From the NCBI GenBank assembly GCA_033764315.1, contig JANRJA010000250.1, forward strand, positions 1 through 30,182: a stretch of DNA of 30,182 nt, in the 5' to 3' direction. This stretch comes from Oculatellaceae cyanobacterium bins.114. Lineage in GTDB: Bacteria; Cyanobacteriota; Cyanobacteriia; Elainellales; Elainellaceae. Positions 1-9,530 of this stretch are shown here, one piece after another; positions within the stretch are counted from its first letter, which is position 1, and every line of letters starts with the position of its first letter. The position numbers and the translations under genes are program-made. The notes under the pieces were generated by a model. That model was given only the letters and a program-made list of their open reading frames with translations. It was not told the origin of the DNA and ran no database searches.

Positions 1-118
1 TAGGAATCATTAACACGCCGAACCAACCTACATACAGGCGATTCTCGGTGCTAGTGACCCACTGACAAAATTGCTCCCACAGATTAGCACTCTCGCGCTT
101 CTGAAGTACAGTCGTCAT
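1..118 (-). CDS. psbA: Photosystem II D1 protein, 5' end only (runs off the left edge)
   Basis: Manual minus-strand translation from ATG at 118: [39 protein letters not shown], the characteristic D1 N-terminus. Not in the ORF track because it is truncated. Confidence 0.97.
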   Translation of the reverse strand, partial: MTTVLQKRESANLWEQFCQWVTSTENRLYVGWFGVLMIP

Positions 119-178
119 AGGTAATGATTGCTTGTTATGTGTACAAAAATTTACAGTCGTTTATTCGACTATGTATGA

Positions 179-207
179 AGTTTAAGGGATTTATTTCAGT
201 TTGTAAA
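179..207 (-). promoter_or_regulatory. Putative sigma70-type psbA promoter
   Basis: Minus strand TTTACA (207-202), 17-nt spacer, TAAACT (184-179). Followed by a short AGTCG-aataaa-CGACT stem-loop in the predicted 5' leader. Confidence 0.65.
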
Positions 208-464
208 GCACTTTGTGAGCTTTTACTCATCGAATTATTAATTCAACTACAGAAACTGAGCCACTGAAAAAAATTAAGGGAAAGAGTAAAACCCTTTGTG
301 AATAGGTGGTTTCGTTGATTCTGTTCAGATTGAAGTCATCCCTCTCTCGCCTCAGCTAAACTGACCTAAGTCCTTTCCCTGTGTCCTGCACACCACAAAA
401 CCCATTACTCTGATTCATAATTAGAAACATTCCTTGTTTAAGAAATATTTTCTTAATCTTTACC

Positions 465-1445
465 GTGTTACCTGTCATTACTTTTAGCCCTGCCTACACG
501 GTTGTGCCGACCTACGAGTGCTTCAATGCCTGCACTTACTGCAACTTTCGGGTAAAACCAGGCACAGATGAGTGGTTAAGTTTGGCACAAGCTGAATCTG
601 AGTTGCAGCGATTGCGATTACTCTCTCAGGAAAGTTCTTTTACAGAGCACGGAGTCATTGAGATTCTGGTTCTTAGTGGTGAAGTACATCCCCACCATCC
701 GAAACGACTAGCCTGGTTTCAACGGGTTTATGACCTGTGTGACTTAGCCCTCCGGTTAGGGTTTCTGCCGCACACCAATGTAGGACCTCTCAGGTTTGAG
801 GAGATGGCGGCTCTGAGACATGTGAATGTATCAATGGGCTTGATGGTGGAGCAGGTCACGCCTAGATTGTTACAAACGGTTCATAAACACGCCCCCAGCA
901 AAATTCCTGAAGCGCGACTGCAACAATTGGAATGGGCAGGAATGCTAAAAATTCCGTTTACAACTGGGCTGCTTTTAGGTATTGGTGAGACAGAAGCAGA
1001 TTGGCAGGATACGTTGCGGGCGATCGCTCAGATTCAATCACGCTGGGGTCACATTCAAGAAGTAATTTTGCAACCCCACAGTCCAGGGCAATCTCAAGCT
1101 AATCAGGGGAGTCCTTTTCCGGCTCAAAAATTAGCTGACGTAGTGGCGATCGCCCGTGAGATTCTCCCCGACGAGATTACGCTGCAAATTCCACCCAATT
1201 TGATTTCAGATCCGTCGAGTTTGTTACAATGCCTTGCGGCAGGGGCCAGAGATTTGGGGGGCATTGGTCCCATTGATGAGGTTAACCCTGACTATCCCCA
1301 TCGCTATCATGAGGCGATCGCTACAGTGATCCGTGACGCTGGATGGCAACTAGTCCCTCGATTACCGATTTATCCCCAATATGACAAATGGTTGCCCCCC
1401 CATTTACAGGAGGCAACCCGACACTGGCGCGATCGCTTGTCTTAG
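465..1445 (+). CDS. cofG: 7,8-didemethyl-8-hydroxy-5-deazariboflavin (F0) synthase subunit CofG, radical SAM
   Basis: ITFSPAYTVVPTYECFNACTYCNF (CxxxCxxC), LPHTNVG, SMGLMVE, PFTTGLLLGIGE, HIQEVILQ, QIPPNL, DLGGI..DEVNPDYP and RLPIYP motifs. Confidence 0.93.
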   Translation: MLPVITFSPAYTVVPTYECFNACTYCNFRVKPGTDEWLSLAQAESELQRLRLLSQESSFTEHGVIEILVLSGEVHPHHPKRLAWFQRVYDLCDLALRLGFLPHTNVGPLRFEEMAALRHVNVSMGLMVEQVTPRLLQTVHKHAPSKIPEARLQQLEWAGMLKIPFTTGLLLGIGETEADWQDTLRAIAQIQSRWGHIQEVILQPHSPGQSQANQGSPFPAQKLADVVAIAREILPDEITLQIPPNLISDPSSLLQCLAAGARDLGGIGPIDEVNPDYPHRYHEAIATVIRDAGWQLVPRLPIYPQYDKWLPPHLQEATRHWRDRLS

Positions 1446-1454
1446 ACGGTTGTC

Positions 1455-2180
1455 TTAGAAGAATGCAGGCTGGTGGCGAATCAGACTCAAGAACTCTTCG
1501 CGAGTCTTGGAATCATCTTGAAACACCCCCAACATTGCGCTGGTAACGGTCCAGGAACCAGGCTTTTGAACCCCACGCATGACCATGCACATGTGGGTTG
1601 CTTCCATCACCACAGCCACTCCTCGCGGTTCTAAGATGGCTTGCACCGCTTCCGCAATTTGACGGGTCAACCGTTCTTGCACTTGCAGACGACGAGAGTA
1701 CATTTCGACAATGCGGGCTAATTTGCTTAAGCCCACCACTTTTTGATTAGGGATGTAGGCAACGTGAGCTTTGCCCATAAATGGCAGCATGTGGTGTTCA
1801 CACAAGCTAAAAACATTGATATCTCGCACCAAGACCATCTCATTGTGCCCTTCGTCAAAGATGGCATTATTGACCAATTCTTCCAAAGATTGATTGTAGC
1901 CACTGGTTAAAAACTGCATGGCCTCAGCGACCCGTTTGGGAGTTTTGAGTAATCCTTCCCGATCTGGATCTTCACCCACCCCAATCAACATGGTACGCAC
2001 CGATTCCATCATTTCTTCGGTAGAAACTTCGACCGTTGCTCCGCGATTAATTGCCTGTTCGCTGGGAGTTGTTCGATCAGGACGGACAGGGACATTGATG
2101 GTTTCGGTGGATTCGGAGGAAGATTGGGGCTTTGAGGTCTGTTGGTTAGAACCGTTGTAGCCGTTAGAAGCAATAGTCAT
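1455..2180 (-). CDS. folE: GTP cyclohydrolase I
   Basis: [43 protein letters not shown] and HMCMVMRGV motifs. Confidence 0.98.
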   Translation of the reverse strand: MTIASNGYNGSNQQTSKPQSSSESTETINVPVRPDRTTPSEQAINRGATVEVSTEEMMESVRTMLIGVGEDPDREGLLKTPKRVAEAMQFLTSGYNQSLEELVNNAIFDEGHNEMVLVRDINVFSLCEHHMLPFMGKAHVAYIPNQKVVGLSKLARIVEMYSRRLQVQERLTRQIAEAVQAILEPRGVAVVMEATHMCMVMRGVQKPGSWTVTSAMLGVFQDDSKTREEFLSLIRHQPAFF

Positions 2181-2235
2181 AATGATCTAAGTCAATTTTT
2201 CGAGAGTAATTGGACAAACGTAAACACATGAAACT

Positions 2236-2958
2236 TTAGAGCGCGCCACCACTGGGCATGATTGTCAATTCTTGAATCACTGCATGGGGGGGCAGTGAGG
2301 CGGCGTGAAGAATAGACTGAGCCACAATGTCAGGGGTCAACATTTGAGAGCGATCGAAGTCAGCTTGAACGGTGTCAGTATCCCAAATGGGGGTATTGAC
2401 CGAACCAGGGCTAACGATGACCACACGAATGCCATGAGGACGCTCTTCTGCTGCCAGGATTTTAGAAAGACTTACTAATCCTGCTTTACTGACGCTGTAA
2501 CCGCCCCAATCAGGGAAAGAGGCATAGGCAGCGATGGATGCCACATTAATGATGATGCCCTGCCGCCGATCGCGCATCCCAGGTAATACAGCTTGAATGC
2601 ACTGCAACACACTGGTCAGGTTGAGATTGATGACAGCCTGCCAATCAGCCAGGGGCATATCTGACAGAGCACCTGTATAGCCTATTCCCGCGTTATTGAT
2701 GAGAATATCAATCGGTTGGTTAGCAGCGATCTGCGCGATCGCAGCTCTAACCTGCTCAACCTCAGCGAGGTCAACACTATGAGTGCTAACCTCGACCCCG
2801 AATTGTTTGGCTTTGGCGGCCACCTCCTCAAGGCGATCGCTAGAACGAGCAACCAGCACTAAGTGTGCCCCTGCCTTAGCAAACGCCAAAGCAGTTTCTC
2901 TGCCAATTCCACTACTTGCCCCTGTGATCAGGGCGCGACGATCGTTTAAAGGCGTCAT
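2236..2958 (-). CDS. Short-chain dehydrogenase/reductase (SDR)
   Basis: TGASSGIG, NNAG and catalytic YSVSK (YxxxK). ATG at 2958 (MTPLNDRRALITG) preferred over the track's 2979 start. Confidence 0.9.
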   Translation of the reverse strand: MTPLNDRRALITGASSGIGRETALAFAKAGAHLVLVARSSDRLEEVAAKAKQFGVEVSTHSVDLAEVEQVRAAIAQIAANQPIDILINNAGIGYTGALSDMPLADWQAVINLNLTSVLQCIQAVLPGMRDRRQGIIINVASIAAYASFPDWGGYSVSKAGLVSLSKILAAEERPHGIRVVIVSPGSVNTPIWDTDTVQADFDRSQMLTPDIVAQSILHAASLPPHAVIQELTIMPSGGAL

Positions 2959-3352
2959 ACAGAGTGAGGGTTGAACCAATACTAGGGGTCAAAATGGACA
3001 CAATTTTTCAGGTCAGTCAACTGTAAGATGTGGCGAGGGTCAGCCTAAAGGTTGACGAGAGAAAAAGGTGGAGCGAATCAAAGAGACAAAAATCTAATTT
3101 AAAGATGAGTCAATTCTCCACAACGTTTTAAGAACCAACCTGCTCAAGGAATCACCTGCTCTATCTTGACCATTGAGTCAGACTTATCAGGTTGATAAGA
3201 TTATGAGCCAAGCCATTAACAACAGGTTGCAACTTAAAACGGATTTGTGTGAATAACAATTGACCTCAAGATATGAACAAAGTTGTAAAGAATTGTATCA
3301 TTCAATATTATAACACCGTCAATTAATGGATCCATGTTGCTTCAGAAACAAC

Positions 3353-4336
3353 TCATGCGGTCACTTCAGTAAACATGCCAATTGAGCGAAATTTCTGGTA
3401 ACGCAGCTCTCGACGTTGAGCATGAGTCATTTGAGTCAGCTCGTCAAGATTTTGAATGAGAGCCGCTTTCAGTACCTCTGCGGCTTTTATGGGGTTGGCA
3501 TGAGCACCGCCTATGGGTTCTGGCAATGTCTGATCCAAAATCCCCAAACTCTTTAAATCTTGAGAGGTGATCTTTAAAACCTCTGCTGCCTGGGGTGCTT
3601 TGCCCGCATCTTTCCAAAGAATGGCAGCACAGGCTTCAGGGCTAGCCACGTAATACACTGAGTGCTCAAACATCAAAAAGCGATCGCCCACACCAATGCC
3701 TAATGCGCCGCCAGAGCCACCTTCACCAATTACTGTACAGATGATCGGCACCTCTAACCGAAACATTTCGCGCAGATTGTAGGCGATCGCCTCTCCTTGC
3801 CCCAACCGTTCTGCTTCAACGCCGGGGTAAGCACCCGGAGTATCAATAAACGTCAGAATGGGCATGCCAAAGCGGTTTGCATGTTCCATCAGTCGCATGG
3901 CTTTGCGATAGCCACCGGGAGAAGCCATGCCAAAGTTGCGAGTGACATTGTCTTTAGTATCACGCCCTTTTTGGTGCCCCAGCATGACGACTGGACGACC
4001 TGCCAACCGAGCCACACCACCCACCATCGCAGGGTCATCCGTCCCTGTTGCGCGATCGCCATGCAACTCAAGCCATTCATCTGTCATAGCCTGAATGTAG
4101 TCAAGCGTGCTAGGACGGCGGGGGTGACGTGCTACCTGCAATCGTTGGGATGGAGACAGGTTACTAAAAATCTCTTGACGAAGCTGTGCGGCTCGCAATT
4201 CCAGGTTTTGAATCTGGTCAGACACATCGACATCATTTTCTTCAGCCAATTCGCGAATTTGAGTGATGCGTGCCTCTAATTCCATCAAAGGCTTTTCAAA
4301 ATCAAGCAAAATTGGTCGGCGGTCTGAATTACTCAT
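3353..4336 (-). CDS. accA: Acetyl-CoA carboxylase carboxyltransferase alpha subunit
   Basis: [43 protein letters not shown] and [12 protein letters not shown] motifs. ATG at 4336 preferred over 4360. Confidence 0.98.
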   Translation of the reverse strand: MSNSDRRPILLDFEKPLMELEARITQIRELAEENDVDVSDQIQNLELRAAQLRQEIFSNLSPSQRLQVARHPRRPSTLDYIQAMTDEWLELHGDRATGTDDPAMVGGVARLAGRPVVMLGHQKGRDTKDNVTRNFGMASPGGYRKAMRLMEHANRFGMPILTFIDTPGAYPGVEAERLGQGEAIAYNLREMFRLEVPIICTVIGEGGSGGALGIGVGDRFLMFEHSVYYVASPEACAAILWKDAGKAPQAAEVLKITSQDLKSLGILDQTLPEPIGGAHANPIKAAEVLKAALIQNLDELTQMTHAQRRELRYQKFRSIGMFTEVTA

Positions 4337-4451
4337 GGGGCTACTAACAATGAGGTTCAAGCAATGAAGTGTGCGGTGTTGTTACATTCGTCAATATTTA
4401 ACAAATGGTGAACACATCGCGTGAATTTCGACACTTAAAGATTCTAACAAA

Positions 4452-4483
4452 GTGTGTTGCGTCCCCTGTGTGTTGCGTCCTCT
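4452..4483. repeat. Two-copy 16-nt tandem duplication
   Basis: GTGTGTTGCGTCCCCT followed directly by GTGTGTTGCGTCCTCT (1 mismatch). Confidence 0.8.
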
Positions 4484-4535
4484 GAACTCAATCCCTATTC
4501 TTTTTCTAGATACGCAACCTGCAATTCAGGGGTTT

Positions 4536-4602
4536 AGATCCCCAGTTTTTCGTTGGGTCTGACCGAAAGGTGCCTCGTTACATCCCTAGAAACCGAGGAT
4601 CT
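4536..4602. repeat. Short dispersed inverted-repeat element, degenerate copy (AGATCCCC...GGATCT family)
   Basis: AGATCCCCAGTTTTT (4536-4550) and AGAAACCGAGGATCT (4588-4602), 12/15 complementary. Arms resemble the element at 29759-29821. Confidence 0.65.
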
Positions 4603-4752
4603 GGAATAGTCGCACATAGGATTCTAGATGGTATTGATGATCGAATCCTTGATCTTAAGTAGCTCTGGGTCAGGCTCTACGGTATTGTGGGAAGAGGGTA
4701 TTAACCAAATTTAGAACCAGTTTTTGAGCTATTTAGCAAGATTTAGTTTTAC

Positions 4753-5994
4753 ATGACTTCTACCCATCCTCCTCGCTCAGCGAGCGATTCCTCTGCTGAA
4801 TCTCGGCCACCTTCGACTCATCACAAAGCCAAGGCACTCAAAAGTGGGAGCCGTCGCCCTGCTAAAGAGTTGTGTAGTGAATGCGGGTTGTGTGACACCT
4901 ACTATATTCACTATGTCAAAGAAGCGTGTGCCTTTATTAATCAACAAGTAGCGGATTTAGAAGTCGAAGCTCACGGTCGCAGCCGCGATTTGGAGAATCC
5001 AGACGATATCTACTTTGGGGTCAATCAGACGATGATGGCAGCCCGTCGTGTTGAGCCGATTGAAGGCGCACAGTGGACAGGGATTGTCAGCACGATCGCC
5101 ATTGAGATGTTGAACCGGGGGCTAGTGGAAGGCGTGGTGTGTGTGCAAAACACCAAAGAAGATCGCTTTCAACCCATGCCTGTGATTGCCCGCACCCCTG
5201 AAGACATTTTGGCAGCACGAGTCAATAAGCCCACGTTGTCACCCAACCTCTCGGTGTTGGAACAGGTAGAGCAATCTGGACTGAAGCGGTTGCTGGTGAT
5301 TGGTGTAGGGTGCCAGATTCAAGCTTTGCGAGCGGTTGAAAAACAGCTAGGACTAGAAAAACTGTATGTGTTAGGTACTCCCTGTGTAGATAATGTCACC
5401 CGTGAGGGACTGCAAAAGTTTTTAGAAACTACGAGTCGATCGCCCAAAACAGTGGTTCACTACGAGTTTATGCAAGATTATCGGGTGCACTTTAAGCATG
5501 AAGACAGTTCCGTAGAAATGGTGCCCTTCTTTGGGCTAAAAACCAACCAACTCAAAGATGTGTTTGCTCCTTCGTGTATGAGCTGTTTTGACTACGTCAA
5601 CTCTCTGGCCGATCTGGTGGTGGGCTATATGGGTGCCCCCTATGGTTGGCAGTGGCTTGTGGTGCGCAACGATCGCGGTCAGATGATGCTCGATCTGGCG
5701 TGGAACCAACTTGAAACCCAACCTGTGATGTCGCAGGGCGATCGCCACGCAGCGGTGCAACAGAGCATTCCTGCCTATGACAAGGGCGTAACCCTGCCGA
5801 TGTGGGCAGCCAAACTGATGGGGGTGGTGATTGACAAAATTGGTCCTAAAGGGCTGGAATATGCTCGGTTTTCTATCGACTCTCACTTTACCCGCAATTA
5901 TTTGTATCTCAAGCGCAACCACCCTGAAAAGCTAGAGGCGCATGTGCCCGATTACGCCAAACGGATTGTGGAGCAATACGAGTTACCAGAGTAA
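4753..5994 (+). CDS. bciB: FrhB-family Fe-S flavoprotein, probable ferredoxin-dependent 3,8-divinyl (proto)chlorophyllide 8-vinyl reductase (BciB/CvrA)
   Basis: RPAKELCSECGLCDT, GAQWTGIVS, KPTLSPNL, GVGCQIQALR, GTPCVDN and SCMSCFDY..LADLVVGYMG motifs of the cyanobacterial BciB/HCAR-like family. Confidence 0.85.
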   Translation: MTSTHPPRSASDSSAESRPPSTHHKAKALKSGSRRPAKELCSECGLCDTYYIHYVKEACAFINQQVADLEVEAHGRSRDLENPDDIYFGVNQTMMAARRVEPIEGAQWTGIVSTIAIEMLNRGLVEGVVCVQNTKEDRFQPMPVIARTPEDILAARVNKPTLSPNLSVLEQVEQSGLKRLLVIGVGCQIQALRAVEKQLGLEKLYVLGTPCVDNVTREGLQKFLETTSRSPKTVVHYEFMQDYRVHFKHEDSSVEMVPFFGLKTNQLKDVFAPSCMSCFDYVNSLADLVVGYMGAPYGWQWLVVRNDRGQMMLDLAWNQLETQPVMSQGDRHAAVQQSIPAYDKGVTLPMWAAKLMGVVIDKIGPKGLEYARFSIDSHFTRNYLYLKRNHPEKLEAHVPDYAKRIVEQYELPE

Positions 5995-6014
5995 TTTTCT
6001 TTCATTGCGGAAGA

Positions 6015-6066
6015 TTCATCTGATTGGGTGAAGAGTGGGTATAGCCCCCTCACACCTGACATCCTC
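6015..6066 (+). promoter_or_regulatory. Conserved leader of TIR-WD40 copy 1 (degenerate palindrome plus TATAGCCCCCTCA plus ACATCCTC)
   Basis: TTCATCTGATTGGGTGAA (6015-6032); homologous to 11146-11198 and 14682-14734. Confidence 0.7.
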
Positions 6067-9000
6067 ATGAGCGATGTTTTCATCTCGTATTCCCGCAAAG
6101 ACAAAGACTTTGTCAAAGTTTTGCATCAAGCCCTAACCGCCAGCACTTATAACGCCTGGGTAGATTGGGAAGATATTCCCCTAACCGCAGATTGGTGGCA
6201 GGAGATCAAAAGTGGCATTGAGCAAGCCGATACCTTTGTCTTTGTCATCAGTTCAGATTCAGTGCGCTCTAAAGTCTGTGGTCAAGAGCTAGACCATGCG
6301 ATCGCCCACAATAAACGCCTCATCCCGATTGTGCGGCGCGATGGATTTGACTCCGAATTGATTCGTCCAGCCTTGGGCAAACACAACTGGTTGTTTTTTC
6401 GAGACGAAGATGAGTTTGATCAAGCCTTTCAAGCACTTGTCAAAGCCCTCGACACCGATTTAGATCATGTCAAGCGTCACACTCGCTTGTTAGTTAAAGC
6501 GATCGAGTGGGAGCATCAACACCACAATCCTGATTTGTTGATGCGAGGCAGTGAGTTAGAACAGACGATTCAGTGGCTAACTCAGAGCAGTAACAAAGAA
6601 CCGCGATCGACCGAGTTGCAACTGGAATACGTCAACGAAAGCCGCAAAGCTGAACTCGCTCAACGGGATGCCGAAATTAAGCGACAAAAGAAAGCTCGAA
6701 AGGCGATCGCCACTGCTCTGGTTGGGGCTGTTTTCTGTTTGATTATCGCGATCGCATTAGGGTTATTTTCGTTTAGCCAATATCAAACCGCTGAAGCTCG
6801 CCGTAAAGAAGTTGAACAAAGCCAAATTGAAACGCTTAGCACCTCTGCCGAAGCATTTCTCAATGCCAATCACGGGCTTGACGGGCTGCTCTATGGACTT
6901 CGCGCCGCCCGCAAATTGCGCAATACGGAAGGTGTAGCGTTGGAAACGCAGATGAAGGTCACGGCTGCGCTGCAACAAGCACTGCATGGTGTACAGGAGC
7001 GCAATCGGATGGAGGGACATCGTGATGAGATTTGGAATCTTGCGGTTAGTTCAGATGGTAAAACGATCGCATCTGCTAGCCGAGACAATACGGTCAAGCT
7101 GTGGAATTTAGAAGGTCAACTGCTCGCAACATTGACGAAACATACATTACCCGTGAGCGGGGTCAGTTTTAGTCCAGATAGCCAAATCGTCGCCACGACT
7201 GGTGAGGACAAAACCATTAACCTGTGGGATTTGAAGGGTAACTTGTTGCGATCGCTAACGGGACACTCAGCAAATGTTATTAACGTTAACTTTAGTCCAG
7301 ATGGGAAACAACTAGTTTCGACTAGTTTGGATGGCACAATTAAATTTTGGAGTGTAAATGGTACGCTACTAAAGACACTTAATGCCCATCGTTACGGAAC
7401 ATGGAGTGCTAAATTTAGCCCCGATGGCAAGCTACTAGTCACTTGTGGTAACGATAATACTGTTAAGCTGTGGAACTCGTTTGGTGAGCTGTTAAAGACG
7501 TTTGAAGGACACCAAAATAATGTTAGACGAGCAATCTTTAGCCCAGATGGTCAGGTGATTGCTTCGGCAGACCGAGATGGTGTGATTAAACTGTGGAACT
7601 TGAGCGGCAAAAAACTTGCAACTATGCAAGAACACACCGATGCGATTTGGGGATTAAGCTTTAACCCGGATGGACAGACCCTTGTGTCTGCGAGTGAAGA
7701 CGGCACCGTTAGATTTTGGAATTTAGATGGCAAAGAAGTGGAAACTCTGCGAGGGTTTTATCCTGCGATAGATGCCCTTGGTTTTAGCCCAGATGGTCAA
7801 ACCTTAGTAATGGGCGATCGCGGGGGTGTAGTCAAACTGTGGAATCTGAATCAATTGACTCTAAAGCATGATGCTGAAGTGACAGGTCTTAATTTCAGTC
7901 CAGATGGTCAAATGGTGGTGACGGGCAGCAATGACCTCACAGCAAAGCTATGGAGTATTGATGGCACAAAGCTTAGAACCTTTAGAGGCTATAGTTCTGG
8001 GATCAGTTGGGTTAGCTTCAGCGCAGATGGAAATCACATCAACACCGGAACATATGGTGGAACGATTAAACTTTGGGATTTGAACGGCAAAGAATTGAGA
8101 GCTACATCGGAGCAGCCTCGTTTCAAAATTGTGAGTTTTAGCCCTGATGGTCAAACCATTGCTTTTGCTGAGGAGGGTGGCATGATCAGGCTTGAAACTT
8201 CAAACGGTAAACAGTTGGCCTTCGTTAAAGGACACGATGCCTTTATTAATATCATTCAATTCAGCCCCGATGGCAAAACGATTGCATCACCTAGCGATGA
8301 CGGTACAGTTAAGCTTTGGGATTTACAGGGCAAAAATTTGGCAACGCTGAGGCAAGGTAGTGCTGTAGCGCAGGTTAGCTTTAGCCCGGATGGCAAAACG
8401 ATTGCCTCGGCAGGTGCTGACAGAACTGTTAAACTTTGGACTCTAGATGGTAAAGAAATCAGAACTCTGAGAGGGCACAGCGGCAGTGTCAGAAGTGTTA
8501 CTTTTAGCCCTGATGGAACGTTGATTGCCTCTGGTGCAACCGATGGCATGGTTAAACTGTGGACTATAGATGGCAACGAGTTAGCAACCCTAAAGGGACA
8601 TCAAACTTCCGTCTTGGTATTACGCTTTAGCCCGGATGGAAAAACAATTGCCTCTGGCAGTCAGGAGGGATTGGCAATTTTATGGAGTGTAGATTTTGAC
8701 GAGTTGCTGACTCACAGTTGTCATGTGCTGCGGGGGTATCTGAGCAATAATCCAAATCTTGCTGAGAGCGATCGCCACCTGTGCGATGGACTTGAGCGCG
8801 ACTGGGTAGCAGAAGGGGAAGAACTGGCTAGGGCAGGAGATGTGCCCAGGGCGATCGAGCGATTTCGAGAAGCCCTCAAACGCAATTCCAACCTAAAGTT
8901 TGATCCTCAGATCAAAGCCCAGCAAATTGCAGCCGTCATTCCATTAGATCAGGCTGAGCGGCTGATAGAGAGAGAAGATTTAGAAGGTGCAACCCAAGCC

Positions 9001-9489
9001 TTTCAGAAGGCGTTGGAGTATTATCCGGGGTTAAACTTCGACCCTAAAACCAAAGCCTATCAAGAAGTTGCCATTGTCAAAGTGCGACAAGGAGATGAGC
9101 TGGCTTACGAAGATCAACTTAGTTGGGCTGAGGTTCAACAGTTGATGGAGTTATACACCAAAGCACAGGAGCTTGACCCGAAGGTTGATATTCCTGCTCA
9201 AGGTTTGAATAATATTTGCTGGCAGGGTTCTCTCCAGGGACATGCAACTGAGGTGCTTGATAGTTGTGAAAAAGCAGTTGCTCGCAGTCCTGGTGATAGT
9301 AATATTCAAGATAGTCGTGGTCTGGCTAGAGCACTCACAGGTAATACACAAGGGGCGATCGCAGATTTTCAATTTTTTGTTGACAAAACCAACGATGAGG
9401 AATTGAAAGCGCAACGACAGGGTTGGATTGAAGCATTACGTCGAGGTGAGAATCCATTTACTCCAGAGGAAATTGAGACATTAATGTAG
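6067..9489 (+). CDS. TIR - TM - 14x WD40 - TPR-like protein, copy 1
   Basis: TIR_2 start DVFISYSRKD with CGQEL helix; basic KRQKKARK then a hydrophobic helix; 14 GH...FSPDG...LW repeats; TPR-like tail. ATG 6067 chosen because it aligns with both paralogue starts. Confidence 0.92.
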   Translation: MSDVFISYSRKDKDFVKVLHQALTASTYNAWVDWEDIPLTADWWQEIKSGIEQADTFVFVISSDSVRSKVCGQELDHAIAHNKRLIPIVRRDGFDSELIRPALGKHNWLFFRDEDEFDQAFQALVKALDTDLDHVKRHTRLLVKAIEWEHQHHNPDLLMRGSELEQTIQWLTQSSNKEPRSTELQLEYVNESRKAELAQRDAEIKRQKKARKAIATALVGAVFCLIIAIALGLFSFSQYQTAEARRKEVEQSQIETLSTSAEAFLNANHGLDGLLYGLRAARKLRNTEGVALETQMKVTAALQQALHGVQERNRMEGHRDEIWNLAVSSDGKTIASASRDNTVKLWNLEGQLLATLTKHTLPVSGVSFSPDSQIVATTGEDKTINLWDLKGNLLRSLTGHSANVINVNFSPDGKQLVSTSLDGTIKFWSVNGTLLKTLNAHRYGTWSAKFSPDGKLLVTCGNDNTVKLWNSFGELLKTFEGHQNNVRRAIFSPDGQVIASADRDGVIKLWNLSGKKLATMQEHTDAIWGLSFNPDGQTLVSASEDGTVRFWNLDGKEVETLRGFYPAIDALGFSPDGQTLVMGDRGGVVKLWNLNQLTLKHDAEVTGLNFSPDGQMVVTGSNDLTAKLWSIDGTKLRTFRGYSSGISWVSFSADGNHINTGTYGGTIKLWDLNGKELRATSEQPRFKIVSFSPDGQTIAFAEEGGMIRLETSNGKQLAFVKGHDAFINIIQFSPDGKTIASPSDDGTVKLWDLQGKNLATLRQGSAVAQVSFSPDGKTIASAGADRTVKLWTLDGKEIRTLRGHSGSVRSVTFSPDGTLIASGATDGMVKLWTIDGNELATLKGHQTSVLVLRFSPDGKTIASGSQEGLAILWSVDFDELLTHSCHVLRGYLSNNPNLAESDRHLCDGLERDWVAEGEELARAGDVPRAIERFREALKRNSNLKFDPQIKAQQIAAVIPLDQAERLIEREDLEGATQAFQKALEYYPGLNFDPKTKAYQEVAIVKVRQGDELAYEDQLSWAEVQQLMELYTKAQELDPKVDIPAQGLNNICWQGSLQGHATEVLDSCEKAVARSPGDSNIQDSRGLARALTGNTQGAIADFQFFVDKTNDEELKAQRQGWIEALRRGENPFTPEEIETLM

Positions 9490-9530
9490 CGGTTAATTGG
9501 CAAAGCGAAACGTTCTGGACATACCCAAAA

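Noticed and set aside
3282..3300. Possible NtcA or HLR1 (RpaB) site upstream of the SDR gene
   Set aside because: Only partial matches in an AT-rich region; not distinguishable from chance.
4452..4483. 16-nt tandem duplication as a regulatory site for accA or bciB
   Set aside because: Only two copies with no recognisable motif; most simply a slippage duplication.
4753..5994. F420-dependent hydrogenase functionally linked to nearby cofG
   Set aside because: Motifs fit the ferredoxin-dependent BciB/HCAR-like family, and no hydrogenase or cofC/D/E genes are present.
6028..6066. 13-codon N-terminal extension of TIR copy 1 from the GTG start in the ORF track
   Set aside because: This stretch is the conserved non-coding leader; both paralogues start at the Met equivalent to 6067.
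7116..8576. Antisense ORFs with repeated PSGLKLT motifs (also at 12314-12508)
   Set aside because: They are mirror translations of the WD40 repeats on the opposite strand.
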